Source: Tetramitus jugosus
Taxonomy: Eukaryota; Protista; Heterolobosea
DNA: 64,000 bases
Direction of reading: 5' to 3'
Assembly: GCA_937625935.1 (NCBI GenBank)
Contig: OW569368.1
Location: 62,001 to 126,000, forward strand
Positions 49,387 through 60,280 of the stretch are shown here, piece after piece. The notes beneath the pieces are model-generated. The model did no database searches, was not told where the DNA came from, and saw nothing but the letters and a program-made list of their open reading frames with translations. The position numbers and the translations under genes are program-made. How positions within the stretch are numbered: position 1 is the first letter of the stretch; every line of letters begins with the position of its first letter.

Positions 49387-49766
49387 TAGTCAGTTTACCT
49401 CGGTTCTTTTTAGAATGTTATCGGATTGTATCAAGAATCGGTAGGTACCTTCCTCTCTAATAGGGTCCACTTCATTAGCCCAATAAAGTCATGATTAGAA
49501 ACCAGAATCACTTGGAGATTTTTTCAGGCGATCCGATACACTATCGCTTTTCTGGATGTGGATTGATTCCTATATAAAAGAAAGAGCGATCAGGAATACA
49601 ATGGATTCGAATAACCATGCAGTCAAGGTATTTTTTTGGACTTACCTGAACTTATTTGAGGATATTTTTTTGAGTTCAACGCCATCTATGTGATCCGGTA
49701 CAGGCGAGACCAATTTGGGTATTCAGTTATTCTCCAAAATTTATTGGTGGAATTAAGTTTATGAGA

Positions 49767-52700
49767 TCATGGTTGTTGGCGCAGTTGTTGCTGTATTCTC
49801 CTCTGCTCATTCAGGTTATTGGTGTACACGTATCGAATGAAGGCAAGGAACAATAATAGCCCAATCAAAGAGGCCAATATTACATCCTCATGCATCATAA
49901 CTCTATCCCAAGTAAGATTCTGATAGAACTTGTTGTATGTTTCAATCTTCACCAAGTTGATCAATGCACGAACGATTGGACGTTCGGTGAATGCAGGTTG
50001 TTGAGCTTGAGGTGTTGGAGTTGTTGATTCTTCCTGAGCTTCCTTCACTCCCCATGCAATCAACTTATTGTAAATGAAATCTCTGGCTATACTCAGTCCC
50101 CAGTGAGCGTACAGCTTTGACAGTGCCATGTAGACGGGCACAGCTGCTGCAGTATCTGTCTCTGAGGCCATATCATAGTATCTCTTGGCCAAATGGAAGT
50201 CTTTAGGCAGACCAAGACCATGTTCGTGCATTATGCCTAGGTTAAACATGGCTTGTGCATTCCGTAAATCTGCAGCTCTTCGATAGTGGTATACACTCTT
50301 TTCAAAACGCACTGTGACATTGTGCATTTCGGTATGGTTCGAAGCAACGGCATTTGTGAGACCAGATGTGCCATAGTAATAGAAGTCACCCACTTTCACG
50401 TGTGCTTCCACGTTGCCTTGATCAGCAGCTCTCTTGTACCAGAAGATGGCACGTTGCAGCTGTTCATATTCATCCGAGTGATCTCTCATGAACGCATCGA
50501 TTCCATATCCTCTATCGAACATGTATGCAGTATTACTTTGGGCGACTTCAATTCCCAGCTCAGCGAATTGTTGGTATGTGTAAAGTGCGGAGTGATAATC
50601 TTCTCCATTTGAGTAGTCCTCGAATGCTTTATCGATCGAGGATAACCATGATGCCTTCTCCACGACCTGCTTAAACAATTGCAAAGCAATCTGACAATTT
50701 TTCACAGTTCCCAAACCATCCTTGTACAAGATACCGAGGAAATACTTGGCGAGTGTTTGTCCCTGTTGAGAGGCAAGGGCGAAATATTTTAGTGCCTCAG
50801 TAAAGCTCTGTTCCACTCCATTTCCGCTCATGTACAGCACAGCCAAGTTGAATTGAGCGTCAGCGTTGTTTTGATTTGCACTCATATTGAAATACCTTGC
50901 AGCGATTTGAGCATTTTTCTCTAGAGAGAATCCAGCAGTGACTGGTGGAGAACTCTTTGATTCAATTGAAGTTGGTTGAGTTGTTGGAGCAAGTCCTCCA
51001 GTTGGTGCCTCATTGGAAGCTACGGGATTCGAAACACTGGTAGAGTCAGCATGAGGAGCAGTGTTGACTTGTTCTGTTGCAGAATTGATAGAAGTGAGAC
51101 TCGATGGAGCAACTGCTTCCAATGGTTTGGACTGAGCGCCCAGTAGGTACATGTAGCCAAGACCGTTTTGAGCAGATGCATCTCCCAACTCTGCCCCCTT
51201 CCTAAAATATTTGAACGCTGTTTCATTGTTTTGAGACACGCCGATACCCTTAGCATACATGTTTCCGAGGGCTGCATATGCTTCAGGTTCTCCTGCCTCT
51301 GCTGCTCTGTGGAAGTACTGTCTTGCCAAGTCACCATTACGAGGGAGACCTCGAATTCCATACATGTGCGCATATCCAACAACCAACTGTGATGAAGTTG
51401 AGCCTCTCTCAGCACTATATTGATAGTAGTCCATGACATCTTCTTGATTTTGTTTCATTTCTCGAGCAACATTGTCAGTAATCCGGACTTTTTCAATCAA
51501 TGGGACTGTTCCTCTCTCGAAATCAGACTTGACCAATTCCGCTGCTTGTTGATAGTATTTAACTGCTGTATAACAAGACTTTGGCACTCCATAGCCATAC
51601 ATGTGTTTATGTCCGAGAGCAACGTTACATCGGAGACTGTTGTGCAGTGTACCAAGGAAATAATTGAGGGTGGAGAGCGACTCTGGATCAAATGATGCAA
51701 TTTGAGAGTCTATTTGACTAACAATTTGTCGATTCGTTTCCACATAGTCGCCAATTTCTTTTCTCGTAATTTCCAACAACAATTCTCTCTCTAGCGCTTG
51801 TTCAGAGGAGAGCTCTTCCATACCATCGACCAAATCATTCACCGATTCCATTGTAGGTAGGACATGATCGGACATGTACAATCCAGCCAATAGATTCTTC
51901 ACGGCAATCAAATCCTCTGACGATACAAATTGATTGCCATACAGGAATCCAGCAGAGAAATAGGCCATGGAATTTCCCTTGAATGCCGACGCTAGAATAT
52001 AATGTTTAAACTTAGTCACGTCCAATCGACCAAACTTGTTCGTTTCATAAATCGTAGCCAAATTGCGCAGTGCCAAGCTGTCTTCTGGATACTTTTGAGC
52101 AATCTGCAAATACAATTCAATCGCTCTAGTCACATTTTGTTCATCATATGTATCGGTAAAAGATACCAAATTCTTCACAATCAACAACTCTGATTGCAAC
52201 TTTGATGCACGTTCTGCTTTTCTGATTTCCTTCTTCAATAATAGCTTCTGGTAGATGGACTGACGCAAGTGCTCTTTTTGTTGTTGCTCTAATTGTTCTT
52301 CTGTGATTGAAATGTCTCGTTCATCATTGTCAATCACACTCGATGGAATATCCTTTACATCTTCGATGCTTGATTCTGTTTTCATTGACGTTTGTTGATC
52401 ACCAATATCCTGAACAACTGGTTTGTTTTGATCAACAGAAATCTTCTCATTCTGTTCCTGCTGCAATTTTAACTTTCTTTGCAACAGTGTCAGCTTCACT
52501 CGATTGTTCAACAATTGATCTTCATTTTCTCTGACCAAGGACGATATTTCAACAGTGTCATCAGCATCCATGATGTGAATGGCAGGATTCCTCACTTTGG
52601 TTGCTTGTATCGGCTGATGTTGTTGTTGTTTTTTTGCTTGATCATTCGATGATGATGAAGTGGACTCCTCCTTCTTCTTCTTACTATCCTTTGAATCACT

Positions 52701-53340
52701 TTTGAGATGTGCGAGTGTTTCTCGAATTTGTTGCTTCGTTTCCTCTGACAACTGAGAAAATGTTTCACTGTTGGTGATTTCTTCCAATGTTGTTGTTTGT
52801 TGTTGTCCACTGTTGGGATCAATAATGATAATGGTTTCAATTTCTGGTGATGATGATGATGAAGCTTGTTGTTCTGATGATGAAAACTCAATGTCATTAT
52901 TTTTTAGTGAGGAGTCTTCTTTTTCGTCCTTGTTTGTAGTTTTGATGGTCGACCCTCCACCACCATGTTTTTCTTCAGTGGAAGTCACATGTTGTTGTTG
53001 TTGTTCCTTTTTATCATCTGCATGTTGTTGAATGGAAGAAGTTGTAGATGATGATGATGGTACAGTAGCTTGTTGTTGTTGTTGTAGATGTTGTTGTTGA
53101 TGCTCTTTCTGTTGTGTTTGGTGTTGTTGGATGTTGTTGTCTTGTGCACTCACTGAGAGAAACAAATCAAACATTGTTAGCTTCGAATGCACATTGATTT
53201 TGGATCAAAAAAAAACAAGAAGAAAAAGGTAGGATCGTACCTTGAATGGCAAGAAAGCAAATAATGAGAAACAAAAGACACAACAATAACAATAGACGAG
53301 GTATTGATTTTTTGTTGATGTTTTGGGATGTAATTTGCAT
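49767..53340 (-). CDS. SEL1L: SEL1L/Hrd3-like ERAD protein, 2 exons
   Basis: Signal-peptide exon from ATG 53340, many Sel1 repeats, AQAMFNLGIMHEHGLGLPKDFHLAKRYYD and a C-terminal TM. Confidence 0.88.
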
Positions 53341-53489
53341 ATCCTCTTTTTTGTTATTCTTTGATCAAAGAAGCTTTGTGTGGTGTTTTGTTGCCGATAA
53401 TGTTTTTTGTGAGCTTGAACCACGTGGCAGAAATCTAAATCTGGTTTCATTTCCCGTCCAAAAAATTCCTTGTTGGATTTTTGTTTGAG

Positions 53490-54660
53490 AAGAACAAAGT
53501 AGGAGGTCCAAGTATGCATTGTTTTGCACATCCGTACTGTGTTTCTTCCTTTTGATGTCTTTCACTTGTACTTTGTTTTGTCTGAGTCCAATAACTACAC
53601 ACAGGACAATTCTTCATAGGTCCATTCAAGAGATAGAGGGTATGTTTCTCACATACATCTTCCAATGGAAATAATTCTTTTGCCAGTTGTTTTACAAAGT
53701 CTACCTGACTAACACTTTGGCCAGTTTGCTTGTTATAGAGAACTCTGGCATTATGAGCAAGCAAACTCATGAAGAAGGATCGCAATGTTGTAATCCATGA
53801 TTCGATGTTGTAACAGGTGAGAATTGATCTGTTTGCCTCATCAACAAAGCCTGAAATTTTGTTGTAAAAACAAAATGAACTTCATGAGCAATAGTCTCAA
53901 ATTTCATAACATATGGGTGGGGCTTCCTGGGAATGAACATAGAATGAGGGATGAATCTGCCTCGATACGTTGCAATGCTTTCGTCCACTCAAACCAGTTG
54001 CGTTGGTTCCTTGCAACTTAAAAATTGCAGGTTGAGGATAATAATCCATTGATCGATATTCAAATTTAAGCAGCGAAACGTCTCTTCATATTTTCTCTTG
54101 CGAATTCTCAAATTAAACCACTGACCATGACCGCATCACCCAAGAAAAAAGTCCCACACTTCGTTCAAAAGACAACTCTAGTGGGCATGTAAAATGCTCT
54201 CAAATTGTTGTTGTTAAATTCAGCAACAAATGAATTAGCATAGCTCAATGATATTCTAGTACTAGGTGATGAAGAAGAAGCTGGTCTACCTCTCTGCCCA
54301 GGTAGTTTGTCTTGATTACGCTCAAAAATTCGTCATTCCCTCATATCGTTCATATCTTCCAATAAAATAGGGAGAATGAGTTCACATAAGGACAGAAATT
54401 TCTTGCTCAATGTCACATCACTCTTCTCTTTTACTACTCCGAGGCGATCTTGTTCTGAATCAACCCTCAAACATTCTCCATCGACATGAACAAAATTATC
54501 CGTATTCCTTGTTGGAAAAGTCTCTGTTAGTGTTGCTCCATCCTGTGAAAACGTCAAGCACAATGGAGTTGAGCCAGCCTCTTGACTCACAGGTTGGAAG
54601 AATCACTCAGGTGAGTGTTTTGATTGATGCTCTTCATCAAAGAGCGTAACCTTGTAGTAG
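53490..54660 (-). pseudogene. Decayed piggyBac-like transposase, copy A
   Basis: Frameshifted fragments CGHGQWF...KYEETFRC, VDESIATYRGR...MFIPRKPHPYVMKF, HNARVLYNK...DFVKQLAKEL and a Cys-rich tail (CEKH...CPVC...YGC). The central catalytic part appears deleted. Boundaries approximate. Confidence 0.8.
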
Positions 54661-55585
54661 GACCGCCGATGGACACAGATCCATCTGTTGTTTTTTTCTT
54701 GTCTTGGGCCTTGTTGCTCCTCAGATCACCCAGTGTGATCCTAGCACTCCTTTTCTTGTTGTCATTGAGTTGTGGACTCTGAATCTCCTTTTCGGAGTCA
54801 TCATCCACATCCACAATGACTGGTTCGTCCTCAGTCAAACCATACCTTTTGCGTGCACTGGCTAGTGCCAATGCAGCAATTTCCTTCTTCACTCTGGCAA
54901 ACACTGGAGAAGTGGCATTCACTTGCTCCAGGATTTGCTGATTTTCAGTGCTGAGCTGTGCAACAGGCACTGTTGGCAGTGGTGTTGCACTCCTTTGTTC
55001 TTCTGCCTCCATTAGATCAGGGGCAGTTCTTTGTGCAACTTCTCGCTCCGGCATTGGAACCGGTTTGTTGCTCTCTTGACCTTTTGTCTTAGCCAGTTCC
55101 TTGGTGAGTTCTGTGACCTGTCGACGCAGTCCGTCAACCACCGTCAGCAACTCCTCATACATTTTCGTCAACCTCTTGTTGACTGCCTTGAGAGGATCAT
55201 GTGGTCTCTCGACGTATCGAGTGACCGTGGCCTTTACCTTGTTCTCTCCACTGAGCACTGCTTGTGCATAGGTTTCGTCACCCATGACCACGAAAGCAGT
55301 GTCACGCTTCTTGAGCACACTGGCAACCTTCTCAGGTCCCAGTAGCTTCTTGATGTCGTCCACTGACATGTTCTTCATGCCATGGACGACCACCTTTCTT
55401 GTGCAATCAACACTGCGCTTGGGTGCAGCAGTGCTGTTGCCAATCCTCCTTTGCTTGTTGAACAACTCAACAAAGTCATAGATGCGGTCACCCTTGACCG
55501 TCACCCATGCAACAAAGCGTTGCTGGCCTTTCCTCTTGATGACTTGGACTCGGTTGAGCCAGTCACCAAACTCCTCTCCAATCTG
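54660..55585 (-). mobile_element. ORF1-like remnant (RRM-like plus coiled coil), lacking a start codon
   Basis: The frame begins after a TGA with QIGEEFGDWLNRVQVIKRKGQQRFVAWVTV... and is paralogous to 58085-58357 and 56810-57050. The retroelement ORF1 assignment is inference. Confidence 0.55.
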
Positions 55586-55773
55586 TCAGAGATTTGATTG
55601 ATACTTCCAGTTGATTATTCAATTCTTCATTTGAAACAACAACGCATCTATAGTGATTACAGAAATTACAAACTACATTTCCACCAAGCTGTAGATAAAA
55701 GAGGGAAAATTACAAAACAAATCCTTCAAATACAAAAACTCAACGTTCACGTCGTGTTCTATCGATGTAAATT

Positions 55774-56556
55774 TTACCGCACCTTCCAATGCAAATCCTT
55801 CTGTCGGGCTAAAATTGGCGGATCAACGTGATCAATTGTCCGCCGCATGTTTAGTCTAAAAATAAAAGTATCCTCGTCCGCGATTGTTTCGAATTTGATT
55901 CCGTAAGGGTGAGGCTTGTGAGGGATAAACATGAAATGTGGATTATGTCGTCCACGATAAGCCGCAATTGTTTCATCCATACATAAGTTTTTTGTCAATT
56001 GTTTTGATTGGAAAAAAATGTCGTTGAGTTTAACGATCCACGAATCGATATCGATGATGCAACAACGAAACATTGCTTCATATTTTCTCTTGCTCATCCT
56101 CTTGTTGAACCATTGTCCATTCCCACAGTTAGTGACATCAGGAATTTGCCAGTATGATTCAATATTATTGATGTTATCAATGAACAGTTGTTCGACCCTT
56201 GTGAACAACTTCATAAAACAAGTAAGAATTGATTGTTCGGCAATGAGAGTAGGATTCGATGGTTGTTGAGTTTGATTGTTGTTGTTGTTGGAGTTGATGT
56301 TTTGTGTTGATGTGGAAAGGAATTCATATGTGATGATGATGAGAGTGATGGTGGTAGTGTAGAAGCAATAGTATTCGTAGGTGATGTTGCCTGGTTGTGA
56401 TTGTTGTGATGATGTTGTAGATAAGGATGGTGCTGATGATGATGGAGATGATGATTGTGAAAGCACAAAGAACCACTTCATCATCATGAATTTGACTTGA
56501 GTAAATCCAACCGAAACGGTACCGTAATCAGAAGTACTGAGAATATTACCGTTCAT
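55774..56556 (-). pseudogene. Truncated piggyBac-like transposase, copy B (N-terminal half)
   Basis: CGNGQWFNKRMSKRKYEAMFRC...CMDETIAAYRGRHNPHFMFIPHKPHPYGIKFETIAD, the first catalytic Asp region of piggyBac (DDE_Tnp_1_7) transposases; clearly paralogous to copy A. Confidence 0.82.
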
Positions 56557-56646
56557 GGAAAGAACGGAGAATGACTGGCTGTTGTCAATGTGTTCAGCTT
56601 CTATGACCGGAGCTGTCTTCTATGACTGTGATTGGTCAGTGGTTCC

Positions 56647-56785
56647 TAGGTGCACCGTCGGGGACAACAAGAGAAGAAGAGTGAGCGACGCCCTACGGGT
56701 CGTCACTCACAAAACAAGTCAATAAATGAGCAATCGTGTGCTTGCGCACACTTGGTTGTATGGAACAAAAAAAAAAAAAAAAAAA
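56647..56785 (+). mobile_element. Short 3'-end remnant of the non-LTR retrotransposon family with poly(A) tail
   Basis: CAATAAATGAGCAATCG...TGGTTGTAT...A19 matches the 3' end of the 58383-60225 element (CAATAAAGTGAGCAACCG...TGGTTGTAT...An). Confidence 0.7.
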
Positions 56786-56809
56786 CACAAAAATTACAAA
56801 AACGCAGAA

Positions 56810-57050
56810 AGGTAGGTCAAGAATGTGCTCAAGAAGCACAACACTGCCTTTGTTGTGATGGAGTCTGAAACGTATGCCGAAGCTTTGCTTCGGAACGTTC
56901 AAGCCATGCCAGTGGAGGTGGAAGCAAAGCGCTTCCTTCCACGCCACATGACCCTGTCAAGGCTGTCAGCAAGAGGCTGACCAAGATGTATCAAGAGCTC
57001 CTGGCTGTGGTGGACGACCTGCGCCACCAAGTCAGTGTGTTAAAAGAAAT
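56810..57050 (+). mobile_element. ORF1-like internal fragment, frameshifted
   Basis: VKNVLKKHNTAFVVMESETYAEALL...HDPVKAVSKRLTKMYQELLAVVDDLRHQV versus VASVLKKRDTAFVVMGDETYAQAVL...HDPLKAVNKRLTKMYEELLTVVDGLRRQV in 54587-55504. Confidence 0.7.
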
Positions 57051-58084
57051 GGCTTCCGTCAACCGGATTCCCTTTGTTTGACATAAAAAAGACCAAAGGA
57101 GCCATAGCAACTTGTGATTGGTCAGTGGTTCCATCTAATGAGGAAAATTGTATGACCGCCTTTTTTGTCCGTGCATCACACTGAATTCAAGTGAGTTTTG
57201 GAACTCTGACACTGTGCGGCTGAGATTCAGCCCTTCATCATCCTAGAACTCAAATTTACATAGACCAGGGATAGAGCATATCATACTGCCTATTTCTGAG
57301 ATACCAACGGAGCATGCGGATAACGCAATATTCAACAACAATCTCCTTGTCATCGCTTGTTTACAATGCAACAACGAACAGATTTGAACAGGCATTCCCA
57401 AACCAGAGAAAGATTTTTCTAGACCACTGCTTGTATCGTGCTTATCACAATCTGTCTTCTTGTACTGACAAAATGGACAGAATTACTGATAATTGCTTCT
57501 GCTGTAAAGAATACCTCGGCATACGAACCTCGTGGTACTGGTATGGTGTACGACAATCCTGATGGATAACGGATTTGAACTTGCATGAGATTCGTCAATA
57601 CTGAACGGATTGAACATTTCCAACAATGTTGAATCCAGTCTAATCTTTAAAGTAACAGGAAGTATTTTTTGTTAATGTTTAAGGAAGACAGAATAGAACC
57701 ATTACAAGAACTGAGTCAGTGTTTTCATTATATTTGTTTGAAAGATGCACTTTTGAGTCAGAATATCTCCAGGGATGTATTTATAAAAGATCTTGGATCT
57801 TATTGGAAGGCTATTTACACAAGGCATCAAAGATTTTCTCAAGGAAGGATATGAGACTCTCATGTCCAACTGGGCCTTATATTCCTCTTCTTCTGCCCCC
57901 ACGCATATGGATCAATAACACAGACGAGCTGCTTCTTCCTTCTCCGAGGCCTTCTTGGAAAAGGAGTGGAGACAAAACATTTTTGTTTCAATTCGTCTTG
58001 AGCTGACAACAAGCTTTGGCGAGAGTGCTTCTTCTTGTTTTTGAGCTTGTGTCTCATGCAGGATTGAGTACACTGGGCAAATCT

Positions 58085-58357
58085 TTCTTCAACAAATGGG
58101 TAAATGTTGTCATCAACAACAGTTACCCACGCAACAAACCTCTTGGGGCCCTTCTTGATGACTTGGACCCTGGTGAGCAAATCACCAAAGTCCAAGCCAA
58201 TCTTCTTGGCCAAGGCAGCTTTTGGAGAGTCATCGCACTTTCCAGTGATGATGACCTCCTTGCTGCTTGGAGCAGTTCCTCTTGGTGCTGTGGTCCACAC
58301 AGCATAGCGTGGATTCTCATACTCACGAACAACAGGGGTGTGTGTTCGTTTTTTCAT
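58085..58357 (-). mobile_element. ORF1-like N-terminal remnant (track ORF 57860-58357)
   Basis: ATG at 58357. IGLDFGDLLTRVQVIKKGPKRFVAWVTVVDDNIYPFVE is homologous to the start of the 55585 frame; similarity ends near 58085. Confidence 0.6.
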
Positions 58358-58364
58358 CGGCGTT

Positions 58365-58382
58365 TTTTTGTGCCTTTTTTTT
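58365..58382. repeat. Target-site duplication, left copy
   Basis: TTTTTGTGCCTTTTTTTT identical to 60226-60243; exact length is ambiguous because of the homopolymer edges. Confidence 0.85.
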
Positions 58383-60225
58383 TTTTTAAATACAACCAGT
58401 TTCGGTTGCTCACTTTATTGTCTATTGTTTTCTTCAGCCATCGCTCTTCGAGCGATGGCCCTTGGTCACCTGATTAATTCTCAATGGCGCTCGCAGAGCG
58501 TCATTGCTGTTTCGCTTTTGTTGTGGTGAAGAGGTGAAGGAGTGTCGTAAGACATCTCCGTTTCACCCCATTCACATAAATTCTTGCTTTTTTTTCGCCC
58601 ACTGCTACTTTGACTCCACTGGCTACCAAGCCATTGGTGACATCTTCGATGGCACTCTTTTCGATGCCCATCATCCCTGCCAGAAATTCTCTGCTAGTCC
58701 ACCGCAGTGCTCTTTTTTCAATCTTTCCGTTCTTGAGTCTAACATTATCGAACCAAATGTCGATTCAACTGTCAGCTGACACTCCCAGGCTAATTAATTC
58801 CTTACACACTGTTAGTGCTAGACACCGTCTAGCATGAACAGACCTGGGACAGCGTACCAAGCAGTGTAAAACACTCTCTGGTTCTTTATTGCACCAGGAG
58901 CACATGATAGACGTATCCTGAGGGTTGTAAAGACCTCTTATAACTTCCTCTGTGTGTAGAGTTCCACTTCTCACTTGAAGTTGGAACCATTCTAATCTTC
59001 TATCCACACCATGAGGATATTTCAGGAAGGAAAAGTCAGCGCCACTGTAATTTGCTGCTTTTTGCAACCACCATCTGTCACGCTCCTCAACTCGGCTGTT
59101 GCGCTCTTGATCAAACAAGGATTGAAGGTGCTGTCTACTCTCTACTCTCAGTTCACCTTTGTACAATGCAGGCTCGCCACACGACCCGAGACTTCGGTGC
59201 TGACAATTACACTCTTTCATTTGAGAGATCAGGATACTAAGCAACTGATGGCTCTGTGCACCCAGTTTACAGTTGGGATAGACTTGCTTGAACTCTTTGA
59301 AGCACACAGGCTCACCATCCACCACTAACTGTTTACGACTGACTATACCCACAACATAAAGTTTCTTGAGCAAAGTGGATGGAATGTACCTTGCGAGCCA
59401 ACAGTCATCGCACTGTTTGGCCGCGCTAGAGGGCATTTGGATGTTGTGACAGTGCATCCTGTCGGCACACCACTTATGGTAGGAGTATTTCACGCACTCT
59501 AGTCTGTTCCTTGACTGATACACATTCTCTTGTTGGAATGTTTGATGATGCTTGATATCCTCAAGCGTGTCAAGGAACAGTCTACGTGCTTCTGTGTCCT
59601 TTTTACCATTGACCATCGAGAACACGAACCAACCAGTCTGAGCTGCGATTGACTCCTCAATATCCTTGAGTCCGACTGATCCCAAGTCACAACTGACGGA
59701 GAGCAACTCCGTCGGAAATCTTTTCATCGCTTTCGACCCATACTTCACCAGCGATCTGCCCAACAAGTTGACTTTGTCAAGCCACTCTGCAGTCCAATCG
59801 GTGAACTCCGATGCATAGGTGAATATAGGATGTATACATGTATTGACCACCCTACTCACCTGCCTCGCAGTCAGCCTCATCAGTCTGAGCCTTACGACAA
59901 CTCTCTGTGCCTTTTGCCATGCTTGCTCTTTCTGTCTTTGTGTGCCTCCTCTAAGGTTAGTGTGCAGCCCTAGAGCACGGAAGACCTGTTTATTGCTTCT
60001 CGCTACCACTCGTGTGCTACCAACAGTGATGTCATAGTCTGATCCGTTCTCCTTCTTTCTCACATACAGTTCCAACTTGTCTGGGTGCATCGTCATTCGG
60101 AGCCACCCTAACACGGTAGACATTGCTTTGGCGGCTTTCTCAATGTCCTCCCTTGACTCAGCAAACAAGTTGCAATCATCGACATACGCTGCGTTCCACA
60201 GGTTTTGGGTCATAGCACCAAATCC
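58383..60225 (-). mobile_element. 5'-truncated non-LTR retrotransposon (RT C-terminal half, thumb, zinc knuckle, 3' UTR, poly(A))
   Basis: AAYVDD, FRALG, VVNTCIHPIFTY, GSVGLKDI and CSWCNKEPESVLHCLVRC; AATAAA and A-tail at about 58375-58387; flanking duplication TTTTTGTGCCTTTTTTTT. Confidence 0.92.
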
Positions 60226-60243
60226 TTTTTGTGCCTTTTTTTT
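60226..60243. repeat. Target-site duplication, right copy
   Basis: TTTTTGTGCCTTTTTTTT located exactly where RT homology stops. Confidence 0.85.
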
Positions 60244-60280
60244 GTGTTTTTGCGTATGCCGCATCACAGATTTGATGTGA

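Larger units (their letters stand above)
56627..57132 (+). repeat. 20-bp perfect direct repeat TGTGATTGGTCAGTGGTTCC at 56627-56646 and 57113-57132
   Basis: Read directly from the sequence; the two copies bracket the retroelement-derived segment. Confidence 0.85.

Noticed and set aside
49638-49730. ACTTACCTG resembling the U1 snRNA 5' end
   Set aside because: The U1-70K and U1A loops are absent. It is more simply a CAG|GTAAGT donor-like site on the minus strand upstream of the RWP-RK gene.
58474-58767. TGA=Trp alternative genetic code
   Set aside because: Host genes terminate at TGA (e.g. 28030, 34916) and the RT uses TGG elsewhere, so nonsense mutation is the simpler explanation.
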